A DNA stretch of 64,000 nucleotides from Amoebidium appalachense (taxonomy: Eukaryota > Protista > Ichthyosporea), in contig CAVNZM010000001.1 of the NCBI GenBank assembly GCA_963693365.1, positions 14,308,418-14,372,417 on the forward strand, written 5' to 3'. Positions 12,695 to 47,659 of the stretch are shown here, piece after piece. The notes beneath the pieces were generated by a model, which was not told where the DNA came from, made no database searches, and saw only the letters and a program-made list of their open reading frames with translations. Position numbers and translations under genes: made by a program. Numbering within the stretch: position 1 is the stretch's first letter; every line of letters starts with the position of its first letter.

Positions 12695-12818
12695 TCGTTC
12701 TGCCGCATGTCTGTCTGACGGGCTCAGTCTAGACCGTGGGTATATACAGGGCCCATGGGGCTGGTACCCACCACTGGACGGCGGTACTGAATAAGACCAA
12801 AAAAGGTTCAAATCCAAA
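12695..12818 (+). mobile_element. 124-bp SINE-like/retroposed insert with 15-bp target-site duplication (family B, copy 1)
   Basis: Flanked by the perfect direct repeat cgagagtccgagact (12680-12694 and 12819-12833). A homologous copy lies at 16530-16629. Orientation is assumed from the A-rich right end. Confidence 0.75.
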
Positions 12819-13123
12819 CGAGAGTCCGAGACTGCAGCTGCCCCCCACTATTGCATTCCTAGGATATATATCATCCGAAACCTCTAATTCTATTGGCTGC
12901 TCCCCCCCCCCCCCCCCTCCCCCCCCCCCCCTCCCCACCTCCCCCCTCCCCCCCAATCGACCGATATCTCAGTCGACTTAGCAAATATAGCCTGCTCCGA
13001 CAGATTATTGACAGTCAGAGAGCGAGAGGGAGAGAGGGATTAATATATGTGACATATATATCAATATATATATATATACACTGTATAATGATATATATAT
13101 CATAGTATATCATATCATGATCA

Positions 13124-13177
<54 letters not shown>

Positions 13178-13248
13178 TGGGAGAGAGAGAGAGAGAGACA
13201 TGATCATGATAATATATATATATTATATATAGAGGGAGAGAGAGAGAG

Positions 13249-13324
<76 letters not shown>

Positions 13325-13506
13325 AGAAGAGAGAGAGGAGAGGAGAGAGAGAGGGGGGGGGGGGGGGGGAGAGGGGAAGAGGGAGAGAGGGAGAGAGCAA
13401 GAGAGAGAGAGAGAGAGAGAGAGAGCTAGAGAGAGAGAAAGAGAGAGAGAGAGCCACTCTAGGCTAAGCTTTTTTTATTTTTTGAGAGAGAGAGAGAGAG
13501 ACTCTG

Positions 13507-13578
<72 letters not shown>

Positions 13579-14302
13579 CCCAGCCAACATGTACACCATG
13601 GTTGCAATATTGAAGGCCTCAATTGTTATGTACATAATAAGCTGCAGACTGCACCGCCTCAGCAGAATATTATTATGTGGCGGCGATATTGTCAGGGCTT
13701 TAATGGTCCTATTGCATGACCCTCAGAGGCTATGCATATGCAGGAGTAGAAAATGGGTAGTGTGTTAGTGTTCTAAAACTTTTCCATATCGGTTATAGCC
13801 CACAGTGACTGATGCCCCACTGACAATTATAGCCTGCTGATTAGTACTGATTATAGTGTTGATCAAAATATCGTACACATTGTGGCAGTGGAGGCATAAA
13901 TTTCAACTTTGACTTCGGATTACTACATATGATATTTCTCACACGTATCTCTGGTGTTGGTTAGTGGGTAGCGGGGGCAGGCAAATGCTTTCCCCTCCCT
14001 AAATAGCTTTCTCCTGGTACATATTAGTGAAACATCTTTTCGGTAGCAGCTGGGTTCCTTGGCCAACGGTTTCTGCAACAATGAACAACTCAGGTCGACT
14101 ACATTTTAAATGTATCATTCTGTATAGGCAACATTGCTTTAGAAAGATGGACAGTCTAAACAGCACCAGGTACACCGTGTATGTGGACACATGTTGCTTT
14201 ATTCCTGCACTCATTCCTTCACTCATTCTTTATGCAGCGCCTCAGTTATCAACCGTTGAACCATTGCCCCTTTCGTCCTTTCCCTAGCTTCTCCCTCCCC
14301 AT

Positions 14303-14647
14303 CAGAGCTGGGGCGGTCTGGTCTGGTCAGCCCGGCTGAGCCCGAAAAACGTTCGGGTTGGGGCTGACCAGACCAGCCCGAAAACTAAAAGGTTTGGGCT
14401 AGAGGTGTTTGGGCTGGGACGGTCATCCCCCTGTATCCCCGTTTTAAACACTAATTACGAGCCTATAGTACCCCCCCAAAAGACAGAAAATTCCTCCCAA
14501 GCCCACCTTTTCTAAAGGCTTTTGCGTAAACGGGATTTCCATATATGGTAGTTCAGCCAGCCCAACCCAGGCCGTTTCCAGCCCAAAAAAGTTTCGGTTT
14601 GGGCTGACCCAGCCCGGACCGGCCCAAAACCCGCCGCCCCAGCTCTG
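14303..14647. mobile_element. hAT-like MITE (345 bp)
   Basis: Perfect 14-bp TIRs cagagctggggcgg / ccgccccagctctg. Flanks ctccccat / ctcccat form an 8-bp TSD with a 1-nt C-run difference. Many subterminal agccc/gggct motifs and an internal 15-bp inverted repeat (14319-14333 / 14361-14375). Confidence 0.85.
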
Positions 14648-14704
14648 CTCCCATCCCCCCCCCCCCCCCCCCCCCCCCCCTTCAAATGCACCCTCCCTCC
14701 TGCC

Positions 14705-14825
14705 TCCTTCCTTGTTTTCTTAGCTAACTTCCTCCGGATCCACACCCGAATTTTCATATCACTAATGAGTACTACCTCCCCCCCCCCCCCCCCCCCCAAC
14801 TCCCCCCCTCCCCCCTCCCCCTCCC

Positions 14826-14857
<32 letters not shown>

Positions 14858-14895
14858 AGTTTGAAAAATCCCGGGAATCGGGGGGCTCCCTATCC
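14705..14895. repeat. Dispersed repeat family A, copy 2
   Basis: Homologous to 2950-3125. Confidence 0.7.
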
Positions 14896-14922
14896 CCCCC
14901 CCCCCCCCCCCCCCCCCCGTGC

Positions 14923-14955
<33 letters not shown>

Positions 14956-15947
14956 CGTGCGTGTGTGTGTGCGTGTGTGTGTGCACGCCCTTTGATACTG
15001 ACTATTGAGCAGGGGCAGGAAGCGTCAGAGGACAACAAGGTTTCGACAAAGAGTGCTGGCCGGTGGTCCATCCCCGAGTCTTGGGTGCCCTTTGTGTGCT
15101 GCACGTCAGATATCAGTACGTGTGTGTGGTGGTGGTGGGGGGGGGGGGGGGAGGAGGAGGGGGAAGGGGGGGGGGGGGGGGGGGGGGGGGGATGTGCGTG
15201 TGGGGGGGAGGAGGGATGTGTGTGTGGGGGGGATGGGGGGGATGTGTGTGTGAGGGGGTGTTGGTGTGTGTGTGTGTGTGTGTGTGTCTGTGTCTGTGTA
15301 TGTGAGCGTGCATATGTGTGTGTGTGTGTGCATCAAGTGTTTGGTGTGTGTGTCCGTGTGCGTGTGTGGGCGTCTCTCACTCCTCTCTCCCACTTTGTGT
15401 GTGTGTGTTGTGTGTATGTATGTGTGTGTGTGCATGCATGTGGGTGGGTGGCGTACACGTGCGCTTACAGACTGTATGTGTGTGGATGTCAACGATTCGC
15501 GTACCCTGTGTAAATTCTAGTGCACACATTTGCATGCCACAACCTTTATTCATTTACTATTATTTATTGCCGCATATCCATTGCATATCTAAGCAATAAC
15601 AAGCACGGAAGTAGGTGATTGATTGAAAATCTTGGATCTCCAACACAACTTGAAGCCCCTCTCAATCTAGTCATTGATAAGAAGTCCACTTCGAAACACT
15701 TGCCTGACACAAAAAAACCAAACACCAAAGTGAAATAATCATGCGGCCTTAATTAAACTATTAGACTCAAAAACCTACTTATAAAACAACAAATGCGCAA
15801 GAGTTCACCAGCCCTAGACCAGCACGACCACACGGTTAGTCCTCCGTCAGCAGCTGCAATAGGCCCAGGCCCAGCGGAATTTCAGTCCTCCCCCCCCCCC
15901 CCCCCCCCCCCCCCGCGCGGAATCACTGCTAATAGCCAGCTTAGCCT

Positions 15948-16484
15948 AGACCCAACCACATGGGCAGAGTCAACTTGAAAAAAGCAGAATTATTCTGCCA
16001 AAGCGGAATTACTCTGCAAAAAGCAGAATTATTCTGCAAAAAGCAGAATCACCCTGCAAAAAGCAGAATTATTCTGCAAAAAGCAGAATCACTCTGCTTT
16101 TAGCAGAATTATCATAGGCTGCAAAAGCAGAATCACTCTGCCTTTAGCAGAATATCACCCTGCTTTTAGCAGAATCACTCTGCTTTTAGCAGAATTATTC
16201 CGCTAAAAGCAGAATCATTCTGCTCAAAAACAGAATAATTCTGCTTTAAGCAGATTGATTCTGCTTTTAGAAGATTGATTCTGCTTTTAGCAGATTGATT
16301 CTGCTGTTTGCAGAGTGATTCTGCTTTCAGCAGATTGATTCTGCTTCTAGCAGATCGGATTCTGCTTTTGCAGAATAATTCTGCTTTTTGCAGAACTTCG
16401 GATTATCCTTTTTGAAGAATAATTCTGCTTTTCGCAAAATAATTCTGCTCGGAGCAAGTTGACTCAGCTGATGTGGTTGGGCCT
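15948..16484. mobile_element. Foldback-type non-autonomous element made of ~23 palindromic 20-bp units
   Basis: Imperfect ~30-bp TIRs agacccaaccacatgggcagagtcaacttg / caagttgactcagctgatgtggttgggcct, with a possible 3-bp TSD cct. The interior is a tandem array of aagcagaattattctgcaaa variants whose orientation flips near 16225. Confidence 0.85.
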
Positions 16485-16529
16485 CCTTAGATCAAGCCCC
16501 TCTATACGTGTGTAAATAGTCCAACCCGA

Positions 16530-16629
16530 TCGTTCTGCCGTTTGCGTCTGTCTGAGGGGCTCAGTCCAGAGAGTAGGTATAAAGGTCTGAATGGGGCTGG
16601 TACCCACCACGAGCCCAGCGGTGCTGAAT
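16530..16629 (+). repeat. Family B, copy 2 (diverged)
   Basis: tcgttctgccg..gtctgtctga.gggctcagtc.aga..gt.ggtata..atggggctggtacccaccac..gcggt.ctgaat matches 12695-12792. Confidence 0.8.
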
Positions 16630-17171
16630 TGATTTTCAACGAAGAGGACTGTGTACAATCAAGTGTGCAAGAGTTCCGTCACAAAGTCTAAGTGAACTCA
16701 AGCAAAACAACACGTATTATCAAAAAACCGACACAAATGAACAAAACAATTGTACATTGTCTTTTTTGTACCGGTGTGGTACCATGAAACAGAGTGCACG
16801 CAGGTGTTGTGTTTTACACATTGCATGCTGAGGAACACACGTGAACTTGCAACCACAGTCGTGACTCAAATGAATACGGCACAACAACTAAGACGGATTT
16901 ATTTCGAATTGGTCCGGACACAGCAGGGCATAACGGTCACACTGATACATGACCAAGAGTCTCTGCTGATAGGAATGCTTGCATTATTAACGGCGCATGA
17001 TACTTTTGTTTTGTTTTGCAAAAACCTTTTTTTGCGCGCTAAAAAACTTCCCGCTAAAAATCCATCCATGGCTAATCAGTACATGGCCGATAAACAGCTC
17101 CCGAGAGCTGCTCGTCGAGGGAGGCACACAAATTAGCTTACTACGGGGCCACGGGTAGCCCATACGTATCA

Positions 17172-17230
<59 letters not shown>

Positions 17231-17257
17231 ACGCACACGCACACACACAAACACACG

Positions 17258-17466
17258 CTGTAAATGGATTATACTGCACAGCTGCTTTTTAGGCTACATA
17301 GGTGACAGGGCAAGCCCCGCCCCCCCCCCCCCCCCCTCCCCCTCCCCTCCCCCTCCGAACCTTCCCCACGAATCGATTACACACACACACACACACGCAC
17401 ACGCACACACACACACACACAGATACACACACACGCACACACGAACACGCACACGCGCACACGCGC

Positions 17467-17533
<67 letters not shown>

Positions 17534-17554
17534 TGCAGACACGCACACACGCAC

Positions 17555-17596
<42 letters not shown>

Positions 17597-17653
17597 TAAA
17601 TGGATTATATTTGCCAGCTCCTTTTTAGGTTGCATAGGTGACAGGCAAGCCCC
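17258..17653. repeat. Local direct duplication of a ~60-bp unique core with adjoining (AC)n and C runs
   Basis: ctgtaaatggattata..cagct.ctttttagg...cataggtgacagg(g)caagcccc at 17258 and 17594. Confidence 0.85.
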
Positions 17654-18006
17654 CCCCTCCCCCCCCCTTCCCTGGCCCGAGGGTGGGTATTTTTTGTGTG
17701 TGTTGTGGTGGCCCGGTGGTGGTGGTGGTGTGTGTGTTTGTGACGTGTGTTGACTCGCGATCGTGTGTGTGTGTGGGGGGGAGAGGGGGGGGGGGGGGGG
17801 GGAGGGGGGGGGAGGGGGGGGGGAAGGGGCCGGGGGACCACCAACCATGATTCAATTCACGGTCGTGGTGGTGGCGTGTGTGACGTGTGTGTGTGTGTGT
17901 GGAGGGGGGGGGGGGGGGGGGGGGGGAGGGGGGCCGCCATGCATAGTCCCCCCCAACCATGATTCAATTCCGGGTGGTGGCTGGAGGTGGTGGTCGTGGT
18001 GGTGGT

Positions 18007-18052
<46 letters not shown>

Positions 18053-18668
18053 CAAGCCAGGCTGCCATGGATACACATCTCACATCCCTGGAGCAGCTAA
18101 TACATGTACACGTAGACAAGTGTACGTGCACGTGGCTGTCTCCGGATCCGCGAGTACCACGGGTGCCAAATATTCACGGTGCACCGTTGTACGGCCCCTC
18201 TGCATTCCACGAGCCACTGCCCCAATAAACGGCTCAAAATAACTGCCGTATTTGGTAAGTGCTACTTTCCTTTTTGTGTAAGCCAATCATCTTGCGCCGA
18301 CTTTGGACCCATTTATCACGGCAAAAAAACACAACCGCAGCCCGCCCGTCAGTTTTATCCGGCAAAACATAGAAGTAGGTAGCTCTGGGCAAGGGGAAGC
18401 AGGGTGAAGACGCCCTGCATCTGGCGAGTAAAGCTTCGTTTTGTTAATCAAGCACTTGCCATGATAGGGAGCATTTTAAATAGTTTATCTTTAGACAAAC
18501 TACAAGGCATGCTCTTTTTGTGTCCTCTTGAGTTTGGATTTCATAGGTGCACAAACTTTATACACGGGAAATCAGAGACAGGTGTTTTGCTGTGAATCTA
18601 GACGGTTTTTGTGCTGCCAAAAGCGCTTTGGGTGGTGAGCCGTTTTTAATTTTTCCATAGGGAGGGGG

Positions 18669-35916
<17,248 letters not shown>

Positions 35917-37023
35917 GGGGCGCCAATGTACTCGGTGCGAGGGGTGTCTTTAACTACACGAGCACCCCTTCCGCCTGCAAACTTTAAAGTTTAAACTCGA
36001 TAATATCTCGGAATGGGATATGAGACACCAACCCATGAGGTTTCCGTAGGGGCGCCTAAAGTTCAATTGCACTGGAAAAGTGTCTCTCAAGCTGGAGCCT
36101 GGGCAGATGGAATATTAATAGATCACTCTAGGTTCGTATATTTTTGCTTTTTTGTTTTTCTGAATGACGATGTGCCCATTGCATATGCATAAATGCAATC
36201 ATATATATGGCACGGAGATGACTTGAATGTTTTCTTGAAAACTGTCAGATTCTGAAACAAGTTAACTTCTAATATTAGATGTGCAGATGCACCTCTCCGT
36301 TTAACATAGTGGATGAATGTGTAAGAGCTTGCATCATTTCACTTGCATTACCACACTGGAGATTAATTTTGCGGGTGAAGCGAATGATAATCGAACGAAC
36401 TTTTTCTCCCCTGTTTTTGTCTTCGTAATTCCCTATTTCCCTTTCTCTCTTTCGTTTCCTAATTAGGATTTAGATGGTACCCGGATCCGGAATGGCCTTA
36501 GTATCGTTGGTGTTACAGTAGTACTAGTAAGTCCGCGGCAATCAATGTTCAAACATTGCCACGAACATATGCAATAGTGTTCTTGCCGTGCCTTCCCCAC
36601 AAAATCGGTCTAGACATGTGTCAAGCTTTGCCCCTCTCCTTACGAATGTTTGTGAGATCGACAGTTACTGTAGCAGCCTGCGGCAATGCCAATACTACTT
36701 TTTTTCTTCTTTTTTCCTCGTTTGTCGCAAAGCTGAATGGAACGTTTACCTAATGAGTTACTAAATCTCCTGTTCTATCAGCCAGGTCATAAGCCGTAGG
36801 GAGGGAGGGAGGAAGGGCCCGGGGAGGGAGGGAAGGCCCGGGGAGAGTGGAAAGGCCCGGGGAGGGGAGGGGGGGGGGGGGGGGGGGGAGTTTGGGGGAG
36901 GAGTGGGTGGGTGGGGGTGAGGGGGGGGGGGGGGGGGGGGGGGGGGGTAAAGGAACTGCAGAGTACAAAGTGATGGACACCTCTGTAAAGCCAGAGGTGG
37001 GCAGGGGGGAGGAGGGGAGGGGG

Positions 37024-37054
<31 letters not shown>

Positions 37055-37111
37055 GGTGGGGGGGGGGGGGGGGAGGGATCGAACGACACCCGAGGTTTTA
37101 GTCGCCGAAAG

Positions 37112-37119
37112 TGACGTCA
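37112..37119. promoter_or_regulatory. CRE/ATF-type site upstream of the zinc-finger gene
   Basis: TGACGTCA about 300 bp upstream of the ORF; function inferred only. Confidence 0.35.
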
Positions 37120-37419
37120 GCTGCAAGCTTTGCGATCAGCAGACAGCGCTAAGATCACGCACCGTGGTCACAAACTTTGGACTATTAGACTCTGGCAGCT
37201 CCCCTCTTTTTCCCCGACGTCAGACCGTGTCACACTGTGGGTTTTGAAACTCCTGCTTAGCCAGTTTTTCCCGGTTTTATAGCGTGCGTTTAGTTGTTCT
37301 CAAAAGACGCACACGCACACACCATTGAGTTCGACCTAAAGATCCATCGAAGATGGCACCCTCATTCGCCCGATTAAAGTCGGCCACTCGGAGCGAGGTG
37401 AAGATGTAGGGCTGGGGTA

Positions 37420-38372
37420 GTGACTTCGGCCGAGGGGAGGGTGTACGAAGAGGGAGGGGTAGTGGGCGAGGCGGAGGTGAAGGAAGAGGCGGAGATTAAG
37501 GATGAGGTGGGCATGTTTACAGATGAAGGGGAGGCAGTGATGCCGAGCGGCAAGTGGCCGGCCGAGGAGCCGCCCAGCGCCCGTGTGGGCAGGCCATGGC
37601 ACGGCACGGCGCAAACACAGCCACCGGTCACAGAACGAAACAAAGACAAAATAAGCGAAATACACTTGTGCGGCAGTGAGGATGCAACTGGGGAACAAAC
37701 TTGTTTGGCTGCGGCCGCCAAAACAAAGTCACAGAGCATAGGTGCAAAGGAAACGGAGAGAACACGGACTAGGCGGGAAAGCGGGCAAGAGGAAGAAGAA
37801 ACTGAGGGGTTGAATGTCGACAACGAAGAAAAAAGAACACAGGCAGGGGAGAAGCCGCACAAATGTGAATATCCAGGATGCCCAAAGAGTTTTGCCCGCC
37901 ACCATAGTTTTGTGCGTCACCTGCGCACACACACGGGAGAGAAACCGTACAAATGCGATTACCCGGGCTGCTCCACGAGGTTTGCCCTGAAAAATAATCT
38001 TGTTACACATATGCGCACACACACGGGAGGGAAGCCACACCCTTGCACACACCCTGGGTGTACTAAACGGTTTTCACAGAGGTCAAACCTTGTTAGGCAT
38101 ATACACACACACGGGAGAGAAACCATATGCCTGTGAATACCCGGGCTGCTCAAAGAGGTTTTCCCATAAAATTGGATCTTGTCAAACATGTGTGCGCACA
38201 CACGGGAGAGAAAAGGTACAAATGTGGATACCCGGGCTGCTCAAGGGGGTTTGCGCGAAAAACTCTTCTTATTATGCATAATGATACACACATGCACACT
38301 GCACAAAGATTCTTCTGGAAGTATGTAACAGATGACTATGACATAGTTTGCTTGGACTCATCCACATTTTGA
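37420..38372 (+). CDS. C2H2 zinc-finger protein with acidic N-terminus and 5 fingers; two frameshifts (assembly error or pseudogene)
   Basis: Fingers CEYPGC..HLRTH, CDYPGC..HMRTH, CTHPGC..HIHTH with TGEKP linkers. Finger 4 ([25 protein letters not shown]) and finger 5 ([13 protein letters not shown]) need a missing AC in the acacacac run at ~38105 and removal of one A in the aaaa run at ~38170. True start unresolved (first in-frame ATG at 37513). Confidence 0.85.
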
Positions 38373-38575
38373 TGCGCACAGCACACACACACACACGAGC
38401 CCGCGCACGCACACACACCGTGGCGCGCGCGCGCACACACACGCACACACACACGCACACACACCGTGGCGCGCGTGCGCACACACGCACACACACACAC
38501 ACACGTACAGACGCACACACACGCACACACACACATACAAACACATTAACACAAGCACACACACACACACACACA

Positions 38576-38646
<71 letters not shown>

Positions 38647-38744
38647 AGTGAGGGAGAGAGTGGAGAGTGTGTGTGCCACGGCCGGGGACCGCCAAGCGCG
38701 CCAAAACTCTCAACTGAGATGAGTGGCTAAACGCGCACCGTGCG

Positions 38745-38783
38745 TGACGTCATAGCCAATCACATCTGGTTAAAGTGACGTAA
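38745..38783. promoter_or_regulatory. CRE + CCAAT + CRE-variant cluster upstream of the 39046 gene
   Basis: TGACGTCA (38745-52), CCAAT (38756-60), TGACGTAA (38776-83). Confidence 0.45.
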
Positions 38784-39045
38784 TCACATACCTGCCGATA
38801 AAAATCGCGAACCCAAAATTTTCCGAGGCTTGGCCTTTGAGAGCGACCTTTGCCCAAGTGGGTCTCTTGGGAGTGCAACAACATAAAGACACTAGCAATC
38901 ATAGTGTTCTCACTCAAAACCTTGATAAATACTGGCGAGGGGAAGTGAGGATAACAGAGAAAAGAACTTTGACACAAGCTTTCCCTCTTTTCTGGACAAA
39001 TCCAAAGCGACTTTCTCATTTTCCAACATTTGCTCGTTCGGAAGG

Positions 39046-39681
39046 ATGACTCTTCACACCACTCATGTTCCCGTGCGTGCAGGCACCGGGTTTGACCCCA
39101 CCTACCTTCTCTCTGTCCGCAACGCCATTTCCCGTGAGGACTATGCAAACATAATAAACAAGCTGAACGAGCTAGGTCGTCCGCATATCCAGCGATGCAA
39201 CAAGGCGCTGGCTCTCATCTTTATCCCTCTGACCTATCTCCTGTTGTCTTTCATTGCGGTTTCAGTGGATGCCGACGCCACCGATGATGAAGCGGCCTTT
39301 TTCATTCTGTCGGGATTTGTCGCTTTCGGCGTCGGGTCCATTCTCTTTGCCATTAAACATGCGCGCCAAATGAAGAAATCCCGCGACAGCATTCACCAAT
39401 TCCTGGATGAATGTAACAAGAAATACGAAGGTAATGGACTTCAGTTCCGTCTTCTGGATCCGGTCACTATACGCCCCGTCAGCCATCCTTCAGCCGGGAC
39501 CCATCATGTGGGGGCGCGAGGCAACCAACTTCTTGTCGAGGTGACGGTTGATCTTCAAGCGGGTGTTGGGGAGCCAGCACGCACACATGTTAATTCTACA
39601 TATGCACCCCCTCCATATGGCATCGACATGGAGGGAAAGGAGGCTGGTGAAAGCACCGCGCTGCTTGTGGTTGATGCTTGA
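39046..39681 (+). CDS. Intronless Erf4/golgin A7-like protein with two predicted transmembrane helices
   Basis: Clean 211-aa ATG ORF. FDPTY..ISREDYANIINKLNE and IHQFLDECNKKYEGNGLQFRLLDP fit the two halves of the Erf4 domain, separated by two hydrophobic stretches. The tail has a YAPPPY (PPxY) motif. Confidence 0.7.
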   Translation: MTLHTTHVPVRAGTGFDPTYLLSVRNAISREDYANIINKLNELGRPHIQRCNKALALIFIPLTYLLLSFIAVSVDADATDDEAAFFILSGFVAFGVGSILFAIKHARQMKKSRDSIHQFLDECNKKYEGNGLQFRLLDPVTIRPVSHPSAGTHHVGARGNQLLVEVTVDLQAGVGEPARTHVNSTYAPPPYGIDMEGKEAGESTALLVVDA

Positions 39682-40418
39682 AAACGTGTACTGAAAACGT
39701 GAAAATATTAGTTGCACCGGCTTGCTGGCGGAGTGAGAGTTAATTAGTGAGATAAGGTTAGCAAAGAGCGCTACATACTTTTATCTTAAGATCCTTGCTA
39801 TATACAGTATAGCCAGTGTGTAGCGGTGGTGTGTGTGTGTGCGTCTTGATGTGTACGATGTGTGTGTGTGTGTGTGTTTGTGTGTGTGTGCGTTGTGTGC
39901 GTGTGTGTGCTATGTGCGTGTGTGTGTGTGTGCACGGTGTGCGTGTGTGTGCTTGTGTGTGCGTGTGTATGTGTATGAGTGCACTTGCATCTACTAGATT
40001 TGTTACTACTGAACTGTGAAGACCACTGTTTGTAAACGCTTGCGTAGTTGTCGTCCATGGTGGCGAACTACTTTGTACCTCAAAAGTAAAAAAGTAAAGT
40101 TTAAAAAAGGAATAGACGACGATATAATAATAAAAAAACCGTTGCTTTAAGGCTTGGCCCGTACGTACGGCGGCGGCCAGAATTAATGAATAGTCTAAAT
40201 CGCACACACCCTGTTGCTCAACAGCGATTACGTCATTTGCGATGTTTTTCCCTTCGGACCACGGCCCTCTGAAAACACTTCGGACTGTCGGACAGGAAGC
40301 TCAGCGCTGGTGCGGTCGGTCCGGCAGTTCACAGTTTGTCTGTTCGCTGACATACGTATACACCTGCAGTAATCGCACAAGCGTATATTTGTGTGGTAGT
40401 GTGTTATGTCTAGGCAAA

Positions 40419-46972
<6,554 letters not shown>

Positions 46973-47587
46973 GTTTCTGTAAAGGTTAAAGATCGTGTTT
47001 TGGTAGGTTTTTGTGTTGTTTTTCTAGGTTTCTTGTCTTGTGTTTTTTTATACATGGTTTGGTATGTTTTTGTCTTTGTTTTTTGCGTCGTGGTAGTGTT
47101 GAGTGAACGAGCGAATGCTGGGTTGTGGCGGAGCACTGTGGCCCACCATGCATTGCCCAAGGCGTGTACACAAGAACACGCCCATGCACAACCACGCGCA
47201 TATGAAGTCTTGTTTATACACCGGGTGTACGCACATGTGCTGTTCAACACATCCCACAGGCATGCTGTTCTTGTGCACATTCACGTATGTGCGCACGCAC
47301 ACACACAGTGTCACGCGCGCGCGCACGCATACACACACACAGACTCACACCCTGTGCGAGATGCCGGTACATGTGGTTTCAATATCAAATTGATTGAATG
47401 TATGCATTTTTGAAAGCGAAACAATTCCTTTGTGGAAAGTTGAAATGCGCGAAAAACATTTAACGCCAAGATAATAAATTTATTTGGCCGTGATACCCAG
47501 GAACATGTTATGTAGTTGAGCTCATGGGTGTGTGTTCCACAGCTTCATACTAAGCCGCGCGCCGTACATGTATTTTGTGGGTGGCCC

Positions 47588-47589
<2 letters not shown>

Positions 47590-47658
<69 letters not shown>
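47590..47658. repeat. 69-nt pure poly-G tract, the longest of dozens of G/C runs
   Basis: Directly visible; exact length may be assembly-dependent. Confidence 0.9.

Positions 47659-47659
<1 letters not shown>

Noticed and set aside
12786-12812. Hammerhead ribozyme core (ctgaataa-gacc-aaaaaa-ggtt-caaa)
   Set aside because: It deviates from both CUGANGA and GAAA, has no stem III or cleavage triplet, and is not conserved in copy 2.
12695-12818. tRNA gene (A- and B-box-like motifs)
   Set aside because: No acceptor stem or 5-bp T stem can be formed; kept only as a SINE-like insert.
15980-16450. CRISPR-like array of palindromic repeats
   Set aside because: Units are contiguous with only 5-nt A/T linkers, there are no unique spacers or cas genes, the context is eukaryotic, and the array is enclosed by TIRs.
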